DNA of 63,657 bases, filler included, from Octopus bimaculoides (lineage: Eukaryota), in assembly GCF_001194135.2 (NCBI RefSeq). It is 5 parts of 4 records of this genome, joined end to end, with 100 filler letters (N's around TTAATTAATTAA, not from the genome) between each part and the next. Parts side by side here need not be neighbours in the genome. Positions count along the whole stretch, not along the records: positions 11,317 to 27,269 come from NC_068981.1; positions 27,370 to 44,361 come from NC_069000.1; 3 more parts are not named here. One strand, given 5' to 3'. Shown here piece by piece: positions 24,009 through 37,259 of this stretch. The notes below the pieces were generated by a model. That model searched no databases. It was given only the letters and a program-made list of their open reading frames with translations, and was not told where the DNA came from. Both the position numbers and the translations under genes were made by a program. Position 1 is the stretch's first letter; each line of letters starts with the position of its first letter.

Positions 24009-24183
24009 NNNNNNNNNNNNNNNNNNNNNNNNNNNNNNNNNNNNNNNNNNNNNNNNATAGATGTATCTGATGTAATTTGGCTGCTGTCTCTAGCAAGCGG
24101 AACAACCGCTTACAGATTCGCCTCCCCTCACACACACCGTTGATAGATAATTTGTAGATGGCGCCACACCATCACAACCACTA

Positions 24184-24222
<39 letters not shown>

Positions 24223-25046
24223 CAGTAAAAGAAGGCTCTCCATGTATGAATATAGGTTACACGAACGAACACAATAACACAGCAAAACACACACACACGT
24301 ATATCGTCGACGAGGAATTTCGTTGAGGTTATGGTTTTAAGTGTCTTTGCCAAGTTCCATTCGTTTCCCACCTGTAAGCACTTGAACGATTAACGAACAC
24401 AAAACGATGGACTGAGAGACGGAGAGAGAAACAACAGGCAGGAGAGAGGATGGAACATTCCGGAAAACTTGCAGTCTTTTTCGTACTCTATCACTGTGTG
24501 TGTGTGTGTGTGTGTTTGTATTTAGATATGTGCTTCTTTCTCTGTATTATGCGAGGGTGAGAGATGCATGCGGCCAGAGAAACACGTTCGACCGTATCAT
24601 TTGCCATGTAGGACCCTTCAGTTCATTCATCGATTGAAGGACGTCAATCTGTCCTTTCTAGTTATTCTATTATAATCGCATAAACGTACGCATGCGCACC
24701 CTATCATCAAAATAGGTGATCTGACAGGGGTATTAGTGCGTCGAACAAAATGCTTTGCAGCGTTGTCAGTATGTAGTTCCGTGCGTGTAGGGATATGTAC
24801 AAGTAAGTATACGCATATATATATATATATATATATATANNNNNNNNNNNNNNNNNNNNNNNNNNNNNNNNNNNNNNNNNNNNNNNNNNNNNNNNNNNNN
24901 NNNNNNNNNNNNNNNNNNNNNNNNNNNNNNNNNNNNNNNNNNNNNNNNNNNNNNNNNNNNNNNNNNNNNNNNNNNNNNNNNNNNNNNNNNNNNNNNNNNN
25001 NNNNNNNNNNNNNNNNATATATATATATATATATATATATATACGT

Positions 25047-25085
<39 letters not shown>

Positions 25086-25086
25086 G

Positions 25087-25144
<58 letters not shown>

Positions 25145-25651
25145 ACACACATATATTTGTATGTATGTATGTATATAAGTGAACATGTATTTGTAAATGC
25201 GCATATGAGTGTATGTGTATGCGTAAATGTGTGTGTGTGTGTATGGTTACGTAATTGTCTGTGTTTATATTGCGTGTATGTGTGTTTGTATGCGCGCGAA
25301 GAAAGGAAGAGTTAAGAATATGTCCGAACGTTTTTTGCATATAACGTCTGGGTGTGAATGTGTGGGAGGTGCAAAAGATTTAATAGAGAGAGAGGGAGAG
25401 AGAGATAGAGATAGAAAAGAGAGAGAGAGAGAAAGAAAGAAAGAAAGAAAGAAAGGATGGGAGACGGAACACATTTGGCTAAACAATAACTACATTCACT
25501 CAAAATTACATTTATTGCTTCCTCTAACATTGAATAAACATAAGGATGATGATGATAATGATGATGATGATCATCATCATCATCTCCACCAAATACAATG
25601 AGAGGAAGTTATCATTATCGCTGCTTACATCTTCCAACCCCCACCAATATG

Positions 25652-25694
<43 letters not shown>

Positions 25695-25834
25695 ATGCGT
25701 ATATACTTTGTTATGGCTGGGGCCTCAAATATGATGAGATTTGTGAATTGGGCACAACACACAGTATACCCCCCTCTCTCTCTCTCACACACATACATAA
25801 AATAATGTGCGTGCGTGTGTGTGTGTGTGTGTGT

Positions 25835-26140
25835 GTTTGCACGAGGCTTAAGGAGTTGGGATATTCGGTTCACTGTCGTATGGTCGTGATTTCGATTCGT
25901 GGCGGCGCGTTGTATCCTTAAACAAGACACTTGCTCCATTTAACTCAGCTGGCAAGATTGGGTTTGTCCCTGTAATTCAAAAGGGCCAACCTTGTCACAT
26001 TCTGTGTCGGGCTGAATCGCTTCGAGGACTGCATTAAGGGTACGTGTATCTGCGGAGTGCCCAACCACATTCAACGGGTAGGCTGTTCCGTCGATCGGAT
26101 CAACTGGAAACCTCGTCGTCATAACCGACAGCAGTGTGAG
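25835..26140 (+). mobile_element. tRNA-type SINE family C (degenerate; related partial copy at ~34250-34400)
   Basis: B-box-like 'gtgatttcgattc', 'aagacactt..ctcc..ctcagctggc', body 'gtccctgtaattcaaaagggcca.ccttgtcacattctgtgtc', tail 'gatcaactggaa.cctcgtcgtc.taaccgac'. Confidence 0.6.
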
Positions 26141-27409
26141 GCTTATGCTTGAAAAAACAAACAAAAAAACCCCAAAAACCTTGAGGAATGCTGCCGAGAA
26201 GTTAGGCTAAGTCTGAAAGGTGATGACAATAGGTCGTCAGTAGGTGACATTACAGAGGAAAGAAACTGTATCATTTGGTCAAACACTTTAGCTGTAATGG
26301 TCGAAGTCCTTTCTTTTTCAAACATTTTTATCATTGAAATAAATCATAATACTTCGATCGAATGGCAATACTATAAATAGTATGTGTGCGTGTGTGGATG
26401 CGTACAATATAAAAATACATTTAGAAATACTTGAATATATATTCATATATGTTTATTTTAGCGAAGGTGATAGTTACGTGGTTAATCTTGTTATCGACAA
26501 CGTCAGTGTTTTTCGTTATACGTCAGTAGTTAAGCGTCCTTCAAGATAGTCAGCAAGAACTTTGTTATGTGGCGGCAATTTGAGATGAGTTGGGACCGTT
26601 TTTTTTTTTAGGATTGGGGAGTAAGGGAATCATGCGGTCGCTATTAGTATCAAATATAAGTCAAGTCTTATTTTAAGAACAAGTCCACAATGCAACTCCC
26701 TAGATATTCTTTCCTTTCCTTTACTCTCAGAAACAGAAGGATACAGATATAGTCACACACACACACACACACTTATACCGATAAAAGGAAATATATATAT
26801 TTAGTTGGTTAATGAGAGAATATATTAGCCTGACCAACAGGAAATAACAATCATACGCAGTTATTTATATATTGTAATTCAATCGGATAATTTAAAGTAA
26901 TCTAAACAACAATAACAACAAAACCATGAGTAGGAAATCGTAAATAAACAAAAATAGAATTCTCAATTAAGATAACAGTGAAATGTTAATCAGAAACTTC
27001 CCCCACCCTCTCTTTTCACACACACACACACACACACACACAGAGAAACACGCATACATACGCATATATAGATTAGAAAATAGATAGAGCAATAAAGTTG
27101 ATGGCGTTAGATGATAAAACTCAAGAGAAATCAAATTTAATAAAGAGTTTTGAGAATATATATATATATACATATAGACACAAACGCATGAGTGTGCTTG
27201 TGTGTGTGGGTGGTGGTGGTGGTGGTGCGTGTGTGTGTGTGGGGGGGTGCGTGTGAAATTGATAAAATGNNNNNNNNNNNNNNNNNNNNNNNNNNNNNNN
27301 NNNNNNNNNNNNNTTAATTAATTAANNNNNNNNNNNNNNNNNNNNNNNNNNNNNNNNNNNNNNNNNNNNTATATATATATATATATATATATGCATGCAT
27401 ATATGAGTA

Positions 27410-27950
27410 CAGGACACTACCAACGGTTCAAACAGCATTAAACACGCAAACAACGAGAAAAAAATGGAGAACAGGACAAATAAACACAGAGAACGGACAC
27501 TTCATCAGCTGTCGGCCGTCTATCTACTCCTCATTTCGAGCGTTAAACTAATACACCTGTTTGTTGTTTACACACCTGTCTTCGTCTTTTTTTTTTGTAA
27601 ATTCCAACTATATATATATATGCATATATACATACATATATCTACATACTTACATATATACGCATATATACATGCATATATAGCTACAGGACGTCATAAA
27701 ACGTAAACAACATGAAATACGAAAACATGAAATACGAAGACGAACTTTTGTATGCGAACAACGAAAGAAGCAAATGGAAAACAAGAAAGCAACATAAAAA
27801 AACGACAGTTCATCAGTTGTTGACTGTTTATTTACTCCACATTTCGAGCAATTCACGACAATATGTGCCTTCGAGAAAACAGTTGCTCCCGAACCAAAAT
27901 GAAATTTGGCATTTGTGGAGGGTCAAAGTTGATAACAAAAACAGGACAAG
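27410..27950 (-). repeat. Two tandem copies of a probable PLE-terminal repeat
   Basis: 'ttcatcag(c/t)tgt(c/t)g.c(c/t)gt(c/t)tat(c/t)tactcc.catttcgagc' at ~27500 and ~27810; the 'aaactaa..tgtttgttgt.tacacacc.gtcttcgtc' segment is shared with the reverse complement of 43950-44050. Confidence 0.55.
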
Positions 27951-28355
27951 GAAAACAAACAGGGAGGGCCGCTAAGCCATACGAGATAAAGAGGCAAACG
28001 CTGGGGGAACAATCTTTGACAGGAGATGAGACAGACAAGAATGCGTCTGGTCTGTGGGACTGACCGAAAGAAAAGAAAGCTAATCATGTTGGGAAAGAAA
28101 GATGGACGATGGTCGCATGTGAGCAACGAGAGAGTACAGGAGGAAGAGGGAGAGAAAGAGGGGGACAGATAGAAAACGGTGAAGGGGAGAAAAAAGAATT
28201 ACAGAAAGGAAGAGAGAGAAAACGAAAGGGGAGAGAGAGTACAGGACAGAGTCGCATCAAAATTATTAAGATAAACTTACTTGGAAATATATATATATAT
28301 ATGGGAGAATTTACGAAGAAAACAACAGACGAAGACAGGTGGTGTAAACACAAAT

Positions 28356-28394
<39 letters not shown>

Positions 28395-28442
28395 TAATAA
28401 TAATAAAGGAGTTACGACGCAAAAACGTATATATTCAAATGA

Positions 28443-28489
<47 letters not shown>

Positions 28490-28494
<5 letters not shown>

Positions 28495-28649
28495 ATCAGA
28501 ACAGTTTGATTCAAATTCCGTGGTACTTCACGTTTCAAAGAGTGATGCTAATCTTCAACCATTGAAAATTTTAATAAACAAATTTCCAATGGTTGAGGAT
28601 TAGCATCGCGCTTTGAAACGGAATTTGGATCAAATTTTTTTCATCCATA
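28490..28649. mobile_element. Fold-back MITE with TA flanks
   Basis: Arms atggat..tttga(t/c)caaattccgt..ttcaaag.g.gatgctaatc.tcaaccattg.aaattt and their reverse complement around an 8-nt spacer; 12-nt insertion in the left arm. Confidence 0.75.
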
Positions 28650-28889
28650 CATGTAACTCCCAAGAAATGTGTTGAGTGCCTTTCTTTCTTTATAAATGAC
28701 GGGAGAACTAGAATGATAATATTTATTCAATCATTGGAAATTTTTTTATTTATCTCACAACAATTGTTTCGCAACTTAAAACATGCAAAGATAATTTATT
28801 TTATTATATTTTATACGTAAATTGCTTACATATCCGTATTAATATAAACAATTTTAAAAATCCATACAGATATTAAGCTGTTTCTCTCG

Positions 28890-29070
28890 TCGTTTATCAT
28901 TATTTAACGTCTCTTTTTCCATGCTGACATGGGTTAGACGGTTTGACAAGAACACACAAGTAAGTGGGTTCCACTAGGCTCTTTGTCTGCCTTGGCATGG
29001 CTCCTGCAGCTGGATACCCTTCTTAATGCCAACCACACAACAGAGTGTACTGTGTGCTTTTAAGCACACT
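28890..29070 (-). mobile_element. RTE-family 3' UTR fragment
   Basis: 'tttaacgtc..tttccatgctg.catgggtt.gacggtttgac..cagctggata.ccttc.taatgccaaccac', shared with the RTE tails at 46.6, 47.1, 51.6 and 58.6 kb. Confidence 0.7.
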
Positions 29071-29109
29071 TTGTTTATGTAAATATTATATAGATAGATA
29101 GACATACAT

Positions 29110-30700
29110 GACATATTGGGGTGGTAGTTTGAATGTCTGAATGATTTATATGTTTTCGTATAGACACGTGGAAGTATCTGCTGTGTAAAATAAAGTGAAA
29201 GGTTACGATTTCAAACCTCTCTGTTGTGCATAGTTTACAGAGTCTTTTGTAAAACGAGGATGAAGAAGGAGAGTATTTTCCAGTATATATTTTAGGGAGT
29301 TCCATTTTTTTTTGTTTGTTTTTAGTGGCCGATGTGTTCTGATAGCTTGGCCTGATTTTCCTACTTGGCTTACAGAAGGAATAGACATATTTATAATATC
29401 TGATTTTAATTGTTTGATGTGAGCCGTATATATGTTAGCTTCGAGTATTTAATATAGACAGTGGCGGAATTGATTAGTTCTTTCTCTAGGTACTTTCCAT
29501 CTAGATGTATGTATTCAAGTTTTTGAACTTAAATGATAACTAGTCACTATATTGTATGGAGAGTTTTTGTTTGCGTGCTATTCTCTATTGGAAGTTAATG
29601 TGGTGCAGTAAAATAATATATTTTTTTCATTTCAAAGTTCATGGTATTTGTGTGTGGGTGCAAAATATTTGTGCAAAACGTTAAAAATAGTTTAGCAACT
29701 GTTGTATTTGTTTGTAGGCTGAAGGCGAGTTGAATAAAATTATTTTTTCTTTCATGATAATGTCTAAGTTTGGTTTTCTGGTATGACTTTATCATTGAAA
29801 CTTTTTCCGACAAGAGCTTCATTAATGGCGTGGGCTGCGTCATTGAGTATATTTTCCTTTGGAGGAAGTGTTGAAAGTCGAAATTTGATGTTCTACCATA
29901 AGTTCTTCATAATGTTCTGTAGATGGTTTGGCGATGTGCTGATGTGTTTTAGCCTTGCTGTGGGCTTCATGTTAATTTGAATTTTCTAGATTTAACGTAG
30001 TGTCTTGGAAGTTTACTTTTTTCAGGTCTGGACTGAATGTTATAGAGAAAACTAAATTTTCAAAGAAGAGGTGTAGGTTTTTCCAGAAATTCTCTATGAA
30101 TAGGAGGTTTATTTTTCGTATAGGAACCCGTCGTCGCTGTAAACGCCGTTTGTTACTGCTGGGAATTTGTCATAGAGAGTTTTAGAAAGAATTGGCCGAC
30201 CAAATCACACTCCAGTTTTCGGAGTCTTTTACATTTTTACTAATGTTGCAAGGTCCAGTATTGTTCTTTTTTTTATCTAGTTAGGTAGTAAAATAACAGA
30301 TTTTCTCGTATATTGCTGAACGCATCAGAACTAAGTTATACGCACTCAAATCGAACTACCAACTATCTCCTAAATTGTACATTCTTGCCCGCATCTACTC
30401 GCTCTATTCTCGGCACTCTCTCATCTCTTTTGTGCGGTTCGCGATTGAACTGACTTGTATGTTGCTACTAAATTTTATGAAACAGTACTTACTCTCATCT
30501 CACTTCCTCACAACTTCTTGTTTAGATATTTGTGGCTGAAGTAATATGACTGCTACTTTTTATCAACACACAGTGTCAAAACTTTCCTGGCTTCTACTGT
30601 GTTACTACTTGGTGTGGATATTTTGTTTTTGTCTATCATTGCTATTATTGGGTTTAAGTACTAACGCCTAAGTTATAGTGCAGGAATCTTAATCAAGATA
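29110..30700 (-). mobile_element. Degraded Penelope-like element (RT and GIY-YIG)
   Basis: Minus-strand peptides CDLVGQF, GVYSDDGFL (YRDD-type), VNFQDTTLNLENS, NH..NIMKNL..FRLSTL, NEAL, FNSP, LDGKYLEKELINSATV, TYIRLTSNN, LSEHI, CKLCTTERFEI. Confidence 0.85.
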
Positions 30701-30959
30701 ACTGGAAAGAACTCATTACGTGTAAATGATGATAGTACTGCCAAAAGTATTCGTAAAATGTAAACCTATGATTTGATGCGGGTTAAAAATTTGTATTGGA
30801 AGAAGAAAAAAACGAAAGAAACATTAAAGCTCGTATCGCCTGCATTCGAAGCAACAGAAGACAATGATAATAAATAATCAGTGACTCCGTACAAGGCAGG
30901 GACATTGTTTTGTTTATTTGTTGTTGTCTTCTTTACTTTTTCATTGATCTGGAGTGATC

Positions 30960-31240
30960 TTTAAAATGAAACGACTCTTGATCTATGTAAAAATCAGACG
31001 AGACATAATGCGCTGATAAATACGGTGGTTATTCAAGTGTAAGTTAGAAATTTGCATGACTATTCGTAGAAATTACATGGTACAACTTCTTATGTAAAAC
31101 CTTTTTCTCACTAGTAAAGGTTGGTTTGAAAAATTTAAGATGCGCTTTAATTCGCACAGCATTATAATGACCGGTGAAGCTGTCAGTGATGCAGACTTTA
31201 CTACTAATTATCCAGAGAAACTGAAGTGAAAGCACGTTAT
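30960..31240 (+). mobile_element. Tigger/pogo transposase fragment (CENP-B-type HTH region)
   Basis: TSKGWFEKFKMRFNSHSIIMTGEAVSDADFTTNYPEKLK matches the SxGWFxxFKxR...GEAASAD signature. Confidence 0.7.
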
Positions 31241-31259
31241 AAAAATAAAACTACTGAAA

Positions 31260-31291
<32 letters not shown>

Positions 31292-31304
31292 CAACAACAA
31301 CATC

Positions 31305-31480
31305 ATCGAAAAATACCTTGGGAATGAGAACCCAGGTTCGAAATTTCCCCAAGACACCTGATGAAGGCTGGAGGTATATCATCTGAAATGTTGTGTTAAC
31401 AACAAACAAGATGAGGACAAACATCCGTCAAATGTAAATAATGTACATAATTCCTCATCTCTTAAATACAGAACTGTAAA
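31305..31480 (+). mobile_element. Penelope-like terminal repeat fragment after (TAA)n, with a degenerate hammerhead at 31353-31396
   Basis: gacac CTGATGA a ggctg-gaggtatat-catct GAAA tgtt gtgt; same family as 2489-2718. Confidence 0.7.
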
Positions 31481-31597
31481 GATATATACACACACATACA
31501 CACACGTATGTATATAAAGATATATATATCTGTATAAAGATAGATATTAAAGATATATACATATATATGTATATATATATAGATGTGTGTGTATGTA

Positions 31598-31662
<65 letters not shown>

Positions 31663-33422
31663 NNNNNNNNNNNNNNNNNNNNNNNNNNNNNNNNNNNNNN
31701 NNNNNNNNNNNNNNNNNNNNNNNNNNNNNNNNNNNNNNNNNNNNNNNNNNNNNNNNNNNNNNNNNNNNNNNNNNNNNNNNNNNNNNNNNNNNNNNNNNNN
31801 NNNNNNNNNNNNNNNNNNNNNNNNNNNNNNNNNNNNNNNNNNNNNNNNNNNNNNNNNNNNNNNNNNNNNNNNNNNNNNNNNNNNNNNNNNNNNNNNNNNN
31901 NNNNNNNNNNNNNNNNNNNNNNNNNNNNNNNNNNNNNNNNNNNNNNNNNNNNNNNNNNNNNNNNNNNNNNNNNNNNNNNNNNNNNNNNNNNNNNNNNNNN
32001 NNNNNNNNNNNNNNNNNNNNNNNNNNNNNNNNNNNNNNNNNNNNNNNNNNNNNNNNNNNNNNNNNNNNNNNNNNNNNNNNNNNNNNNNNNNNNNNNNNNN
32101 NNNNNNNNNNNNNNNNNNNNNNNNNNNNNNNNNNNNNNNNNNNNNNNNNNNNNNNNNNNNNNNNNNNNNNNNNNNNNNNNNNNNNNNNNNNNNNNNNNNN
32201 NNNNNNNNNNNNNNNNNNNNNNNNNNNNNNNNNNNNNNNNNNNNNNNNNNNNNNNNNNNNNNNNNNNNNNNNNNNNNNNNNNNNNNNNNNNNNNNNNNNN
32301 NNNNNNNNNNNNNNNNNNNNNNNNNNNNNNNNNNNNNNNNNNNNNNNNNNNNNNNNNNNNNNNNNNNNNNNNNNNNNNNNNNNNNNNNNNNNNNNNNNNN
32401 NNNNNNNNNNNNNNNNNNNNNNNNNNNNNNNNNNNNNNNNNNNNNNNNNNNNNNNNNNNNNNNNNNNNNNNNNNNNNNNNNNNNNNNNNNNNNNNNNNNN
32501 NNNNNNNNNNNNNNNNNNNNNNNNNNNNNNNNNNNNNNNNNNNNNNNNNNNNNNNNNNNNNNNNNNNNNNNNNNNNNNNNNNNNNNNNATATACACATAT
32601 GCATACATATATATATATATATACAATATTAAAATATAAAAGTAGTATTTCTCGTATAGAATACTGCGTTATTTACCATGAGGGGACCTCCTACACACAC
32701 ACACGCGCATACATACATACATACATACATACATACATACATACATACATACATAGAGAGAGAAAGAGACAGAGACAGACACACACACACACACACAGAG
32801 GGAGAGGCGGACAGACGGAGGGACAGTGCGTCAACAGGTGGGATCCAAAGATGCTGAACATGGAAAACATATCAGTGCTCAAATGATTAAAACTAACACT
32901 CCAAAGTCTTTACTGTGAACTTAGTCTGCGGACTAAAGGGTGACTATAAGAGTTTCCTTTATGGTTAATACATTTCGCTTCGCTGTTTATATCAACATAT
33001 TTTATATGTATGTATGTATGTATGTATGTATGCTTATATGTAATGTATATTTATACACACACAGACACACGCGCGCTATTCTCTGTGTGTGTATATATCT
33101 TTATATATATTTACATATGTATGTATGTATGTATGTATATTAAGCCCAAAGCGTGTTTATTTATATTACTATCCATCAATCTATCTATCTATCTATATCA
33201 AAACATAGCAACAGGATATCCAGAGGTGATGCAGCACGATCGTTTCAAGCGACTCTATTTAATTGAACAATGCAATCATTACATCAGTTTAAATGCAGAG
33301 CTATCCTGCACGGATAATTCTGCACTAATTTTTGATACTTCAACTTAAGTACCTAATTCATCTGAGTCTCAATTATTTTGCTACACACACACACACACGC
33401 ACACATACACACCCACACATAT

Positions 33423-33838
33423 TCTTTTACTCTTTTACTTGTTTCAGACATTTGACTGCGGCCATGCTGGAGCACCGCCTTTATAGTCGAGCAAATCGAC
33501 CCCAGAGCTTATTGTTTGTAAGCCTAGTACTTATTCTATCTGTCTGCTTTGCCGAACCGCTAAGTTACGGGACGCAAACACACCAACATCGGTTGTCAAG
33601 CGATGCTGGGGGGGGGGGGGCAAACAGACACATAAATATATACACACACATACATATATATATATACGTATATATACATATACGACGGGCTTCTTCCAGT
33701 TTCCGTCTACCAAATCCATTCACGCGGCTTTGGTCGGCCCGAGGCTACAGTAAAAGACACTTGCCCAAGTTGCCACGTAGTGTGACTGAACCATGTGGTT
33801 GGTAAACAAGCTGCTTACCACAGAGCCACTCCTGCGCC
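33423..33838 (-). mobile_element. SINE family A, full-length
   Basis: Head ggcgcaggagtggctctgtggtaag through tail gtaaaagagtaaaagaat. Partial copies at ~34080-34230(-), 38085-38235(-), 39508-39720(+), 43563-43832(-), 49870-50210(+), 51245-51395(-). Confidence 0.85.
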
Positions 33839-33851
33839 TATGGTGTGTTAC

Positions 33852-33959
33852 GCTTACAGCACCTAGGTTTCCCAAGCGGTCACCCATCTAAGTACTCACT
33901 AGGCTCGACGTTGCTTAACTTCGGTGATCGGACGAGAACCGGTGCTCTCAACGTGATAT
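33852..33959 (-). rRNA. 5S rRNA-derived sequence (first ~11 nt missing) upstream of SINE A
   Basis: atatcacgttgagagcaccggttctcgtccgatcaccgaagttaagcaacgtcgagcctagtgagtacttagatgggtgaccgcttgggaaacctaggtgctgtaagc. Confidence 0.9.
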
Positions 33960-35688
33960 ATGTATGTATATATATGTATATATATATCTATACACATATA
34001 TATATCTATACATATATATATCTATACACTCACACACGCACACACAACAACACGCACACACACACATGCACACATACGATGTGCTTCTTTCAGTTTATGT
34101 CTACTAAAGCCACTGAAGTCTTCGGTTGGCCCAAGGTTATATTAGAAGACACCTGTTGAAGGTATCACGCAGTAGGACTGAACCCAGAACCATGTAGCTG
34201 GGAAGCAAACTTCTTATCACGCAGCCACACCCCACCTCCACACACATATGGTAAGGACTCGTGGCCAAATGATGTGTGTTGTACATAAGATCACGTGATC
34301 GTGGTTTCGATTCCCAGATTTGGCAGAGCGTGGTGTTCTTCAGCAAAACACTTTATTTCAAATTGCTCTCCAATCATTTCGACATCTGACGTGTGGTACG
34401 CAGGCAGCGTCGATTATAAACACATAAATGTTTATATATTTATAGATGTTTCTAAGGTGGCCAGCCTTAGAATCTTTAGCATTTCGTCCGTCTTTACGAA
34501 ATGCCTGTGTGGTTGACCTTGCCTTTCATCCTTTTGGGTCGATGAAAGAAGTAGCAGTTAAGCATTAGGAGAGATGTAATTTCAGGCCTTGTGCAGGATA
34601 TCCATATGTATGTATACATATGTATGAAAGCAGTTATTACACACACACACACACAAACACATGTCTACAAACGTGCGTATGTATATATGTATATATATAT
34701 ACACACACACACATCTATCTATCTATCTATCTATCTGTCTGTCTGTGTGTCTGTCTATGTATCTGTCTCTCTAAACACACACATATTTAATATTTTATTT
34801 ATTTATTTATTTATTTATTCATTCATTTATTTATTTATTTTACAGTAAGGCGTATGCATATGAAATAAAAACAAAAGCTGATAAGTATATTTTTCCAATC
34901 ATCAAATGATATAGCAAATAAGTCAGTCGTCGAAATTGCTTCAATGAACAGAACTACTTCGTATAAACGTGTTAACTGTGAATATTAAGTTTTTTAAAAT
35001 TATTAATATTACAAAACTAAATAATTTCAAAATCTCGATTTGAAGAAATGAATGATAAATAAATATATGAATAATTAAAGTGTTACTGATAATACTAGTA
35101 AGTGGAGAGCGGATTTAATACAAAATCATATCGCCATATTTGCAATCGTGATCATGGCAGGTTTAGAATAAGAATTCTTTTGTCTTTCATAAGTTTTGAA
35201 GTACTCTGAACACCGAAAAATTATATCCAGAAAGAGAGAAATCTACTGTAAATTTCAAATATTCTAATTTCTTCGAAATTATATTTACCATTATGCTATA
35301 ATGATATTGACTTTTATTAAATAAGTTTTCAGTATTTTATATGCTAAAATATAACAAAGTTTAACGTGACTCAGACATTAGATAAAATTCGAACATGAGA
35401 AAAAGTGCGATATCAATAATAGCTTATTGAATTGTAATTAAATGGCATTATTTAGCTACATAGATACGAGATAATTCCACTCTTCGTTTGCCAGAGACGT
35501 GAAAGAAAATGAGCGTTTTATTTGAGCGATTATATGATAATTTTCTATAAAACTAAATGTAAATGTGCGATTTAACTTGGTATTATGCAACAAGTGGATG
35601 TAATCTCTTCATCACATAAGCCGCAGTTTATAAACTTCACAAAAGTTGGTGTAATTAAAAAAAGAGTAGTTCTTATGTTTATTTATAG

Positions 35689-35820
35689 TCAGCAGGGAAC
35701 ATGTTGTGCATGACCTTTTATAAGCTTTCCGAGACTGATGGGAAAAAGAATGTTTATCCTCAAACGGGAGACCTGGCCCAAATTTTTGCAACAGAATGGG
35801 TTCCGCTAAAATCATCCAAG
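35689..35820 (+). CDS. Candidate coding exon SAGNMLCMTFYKLSETDGKKNVYPQTGDLAQIFATEWVPLKSSK
   Basis: tgtttatttatAG acceptor, 132 nt open in phase 0, AAG|GTGTCG donor; no homology recognised. Confidence 0.25.
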
Positions 35821-36059
35821 GTGTCGGGTGGTGGTCAGTTTTACATACAAGTTAAAATATAGGGATAAAAAGGATGTTGCAAAAGTAGTCATTGAAAACT
35901 TGGGGAAGAAAAAATAGATAAAAATAACAACATATACAAATATATACACGATTTTGTACTGTGACATAACCAGCACTTTATATATATATATATATGGTGC
36001 ACCAGCATGACCGCAGCCACTTGGCTGAAACACATAAATAAATAAATAAATATATATAT

Positions 36060-36350
36060 ACTAGCAGCTAAACCCGGTTTCACCCGGTTTGTTTGGATGA
36101 TGTGGCTGTGATTGTTTTTGGTTAGGCATAATCTATAACAGCGTTTTTCAACCTGATCATTTCGTGTCCCGTTTCGATTGGAGCCTCAGAAAATGGCTTC
36201 AGGAGTTGTGAAGAAAGAATTTGTACGTAGTCTGTTTTTGAGAGCTATTCTATTGGACGTCTGTCTAATCATTAAAAAAATTATTTAATTATGAACATAG
36301 AAAGAAATTATACATTAATCGCAATTTTTGTAAGCAGTTTTATCCGTAAA
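36060..36350 (+). mobile_element. Probable non-autonomous Helitron-like element 5' end
   Basis: Starts 'actagcagctaaacccggtttcacccgg', resembling the actag..cccg..ttc.cccg starts of invertebrate non-autonomous Helitrons; runs into a gap. Confidence 0.4.
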
Positions 36351-36494
36351 NNNNNNNNNNNNNNNNNNNNNNNNNNNNNNNNNNNNNNNNNNNNNNNNNN
36401 NNNNNNNNNNNNNNNNNNNNNNNNNNNNNNNNNNNNNNNNNNNNNNNNNNNNNNNNNNNNNNNNNNNNNNNNNNNNNNNNNNNNNNNNNNNGTC

Positions 36495-36547
<53 letters not shown>

Positions 36548-37223
36548 AACTGGTGTTAATGGCAGAATAACATTTGAAATGCAAATCTGTGAATGAAAAA
36601 TAAGTTCAGACCTCTACATGGTAGGTAGACCTGGTAGAAATAGCAGCCAAATCTCCCTCAAAACACCCTACTGTATTAATGCAAGAATTCTGCGTATTAT
36701 GTTAAGAAGTTGACGTTAAGAATTGTTTTAACAGAAAATTAAGCTGTAAGAATGAACGGGAAAATTGTGTGTAAGAATTAATAGCAGACGTATCCAACTT
36801 AAGAAAAGTGAAGTATGGAAAAAGTAATTGTTATACGCTTATAGAAAAACAATTTATATTATAGAAATTGATACATACTTGTTGAAGATTAAAATGAGCT
36901 ATTGTTCTCGGCGCGTGTATAATTATAGAGAAACTGAAAGACATGAAATGTCCGTTTGTGTGTGTATTTTTGGCGGGATTTTTGCATTTAGCAGGAGTTG
37001 GTTTGTTTTATCTGTCGATCAATGGCCAGACAAGTGGAAAGGGAAGGCGATCTTTTGAAGTGGGCGTCGAATGAAGACACATGGCGAGTTTTATGACTGA
37101 ACTTCTTTTGAAGTTGTGGTGAGAGGGGAGAATTGATGTGCGTGCGTATGTCTGTGTGTTTGTGAGTGTCTATGTTTGATGGGGTGTGCGTGACAGAGAG
37201 AGTAATGTTGATGGTGCATGTGT

Positions 37224-37259
<36 letters not shown>

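Noticed and set aside
27495-27830. Two minus-strand CTGATGA motifs in the tandem repeat
   Set aside because: No correctly placed GAAA or stem III could be found.
33215-33300. Minus-strand CTGATGT...GAAACGATCGTG with a palindromic stem III
   Set aside because: A9 and H17 are non-canonical and stem II does not close; too degenerate to call.
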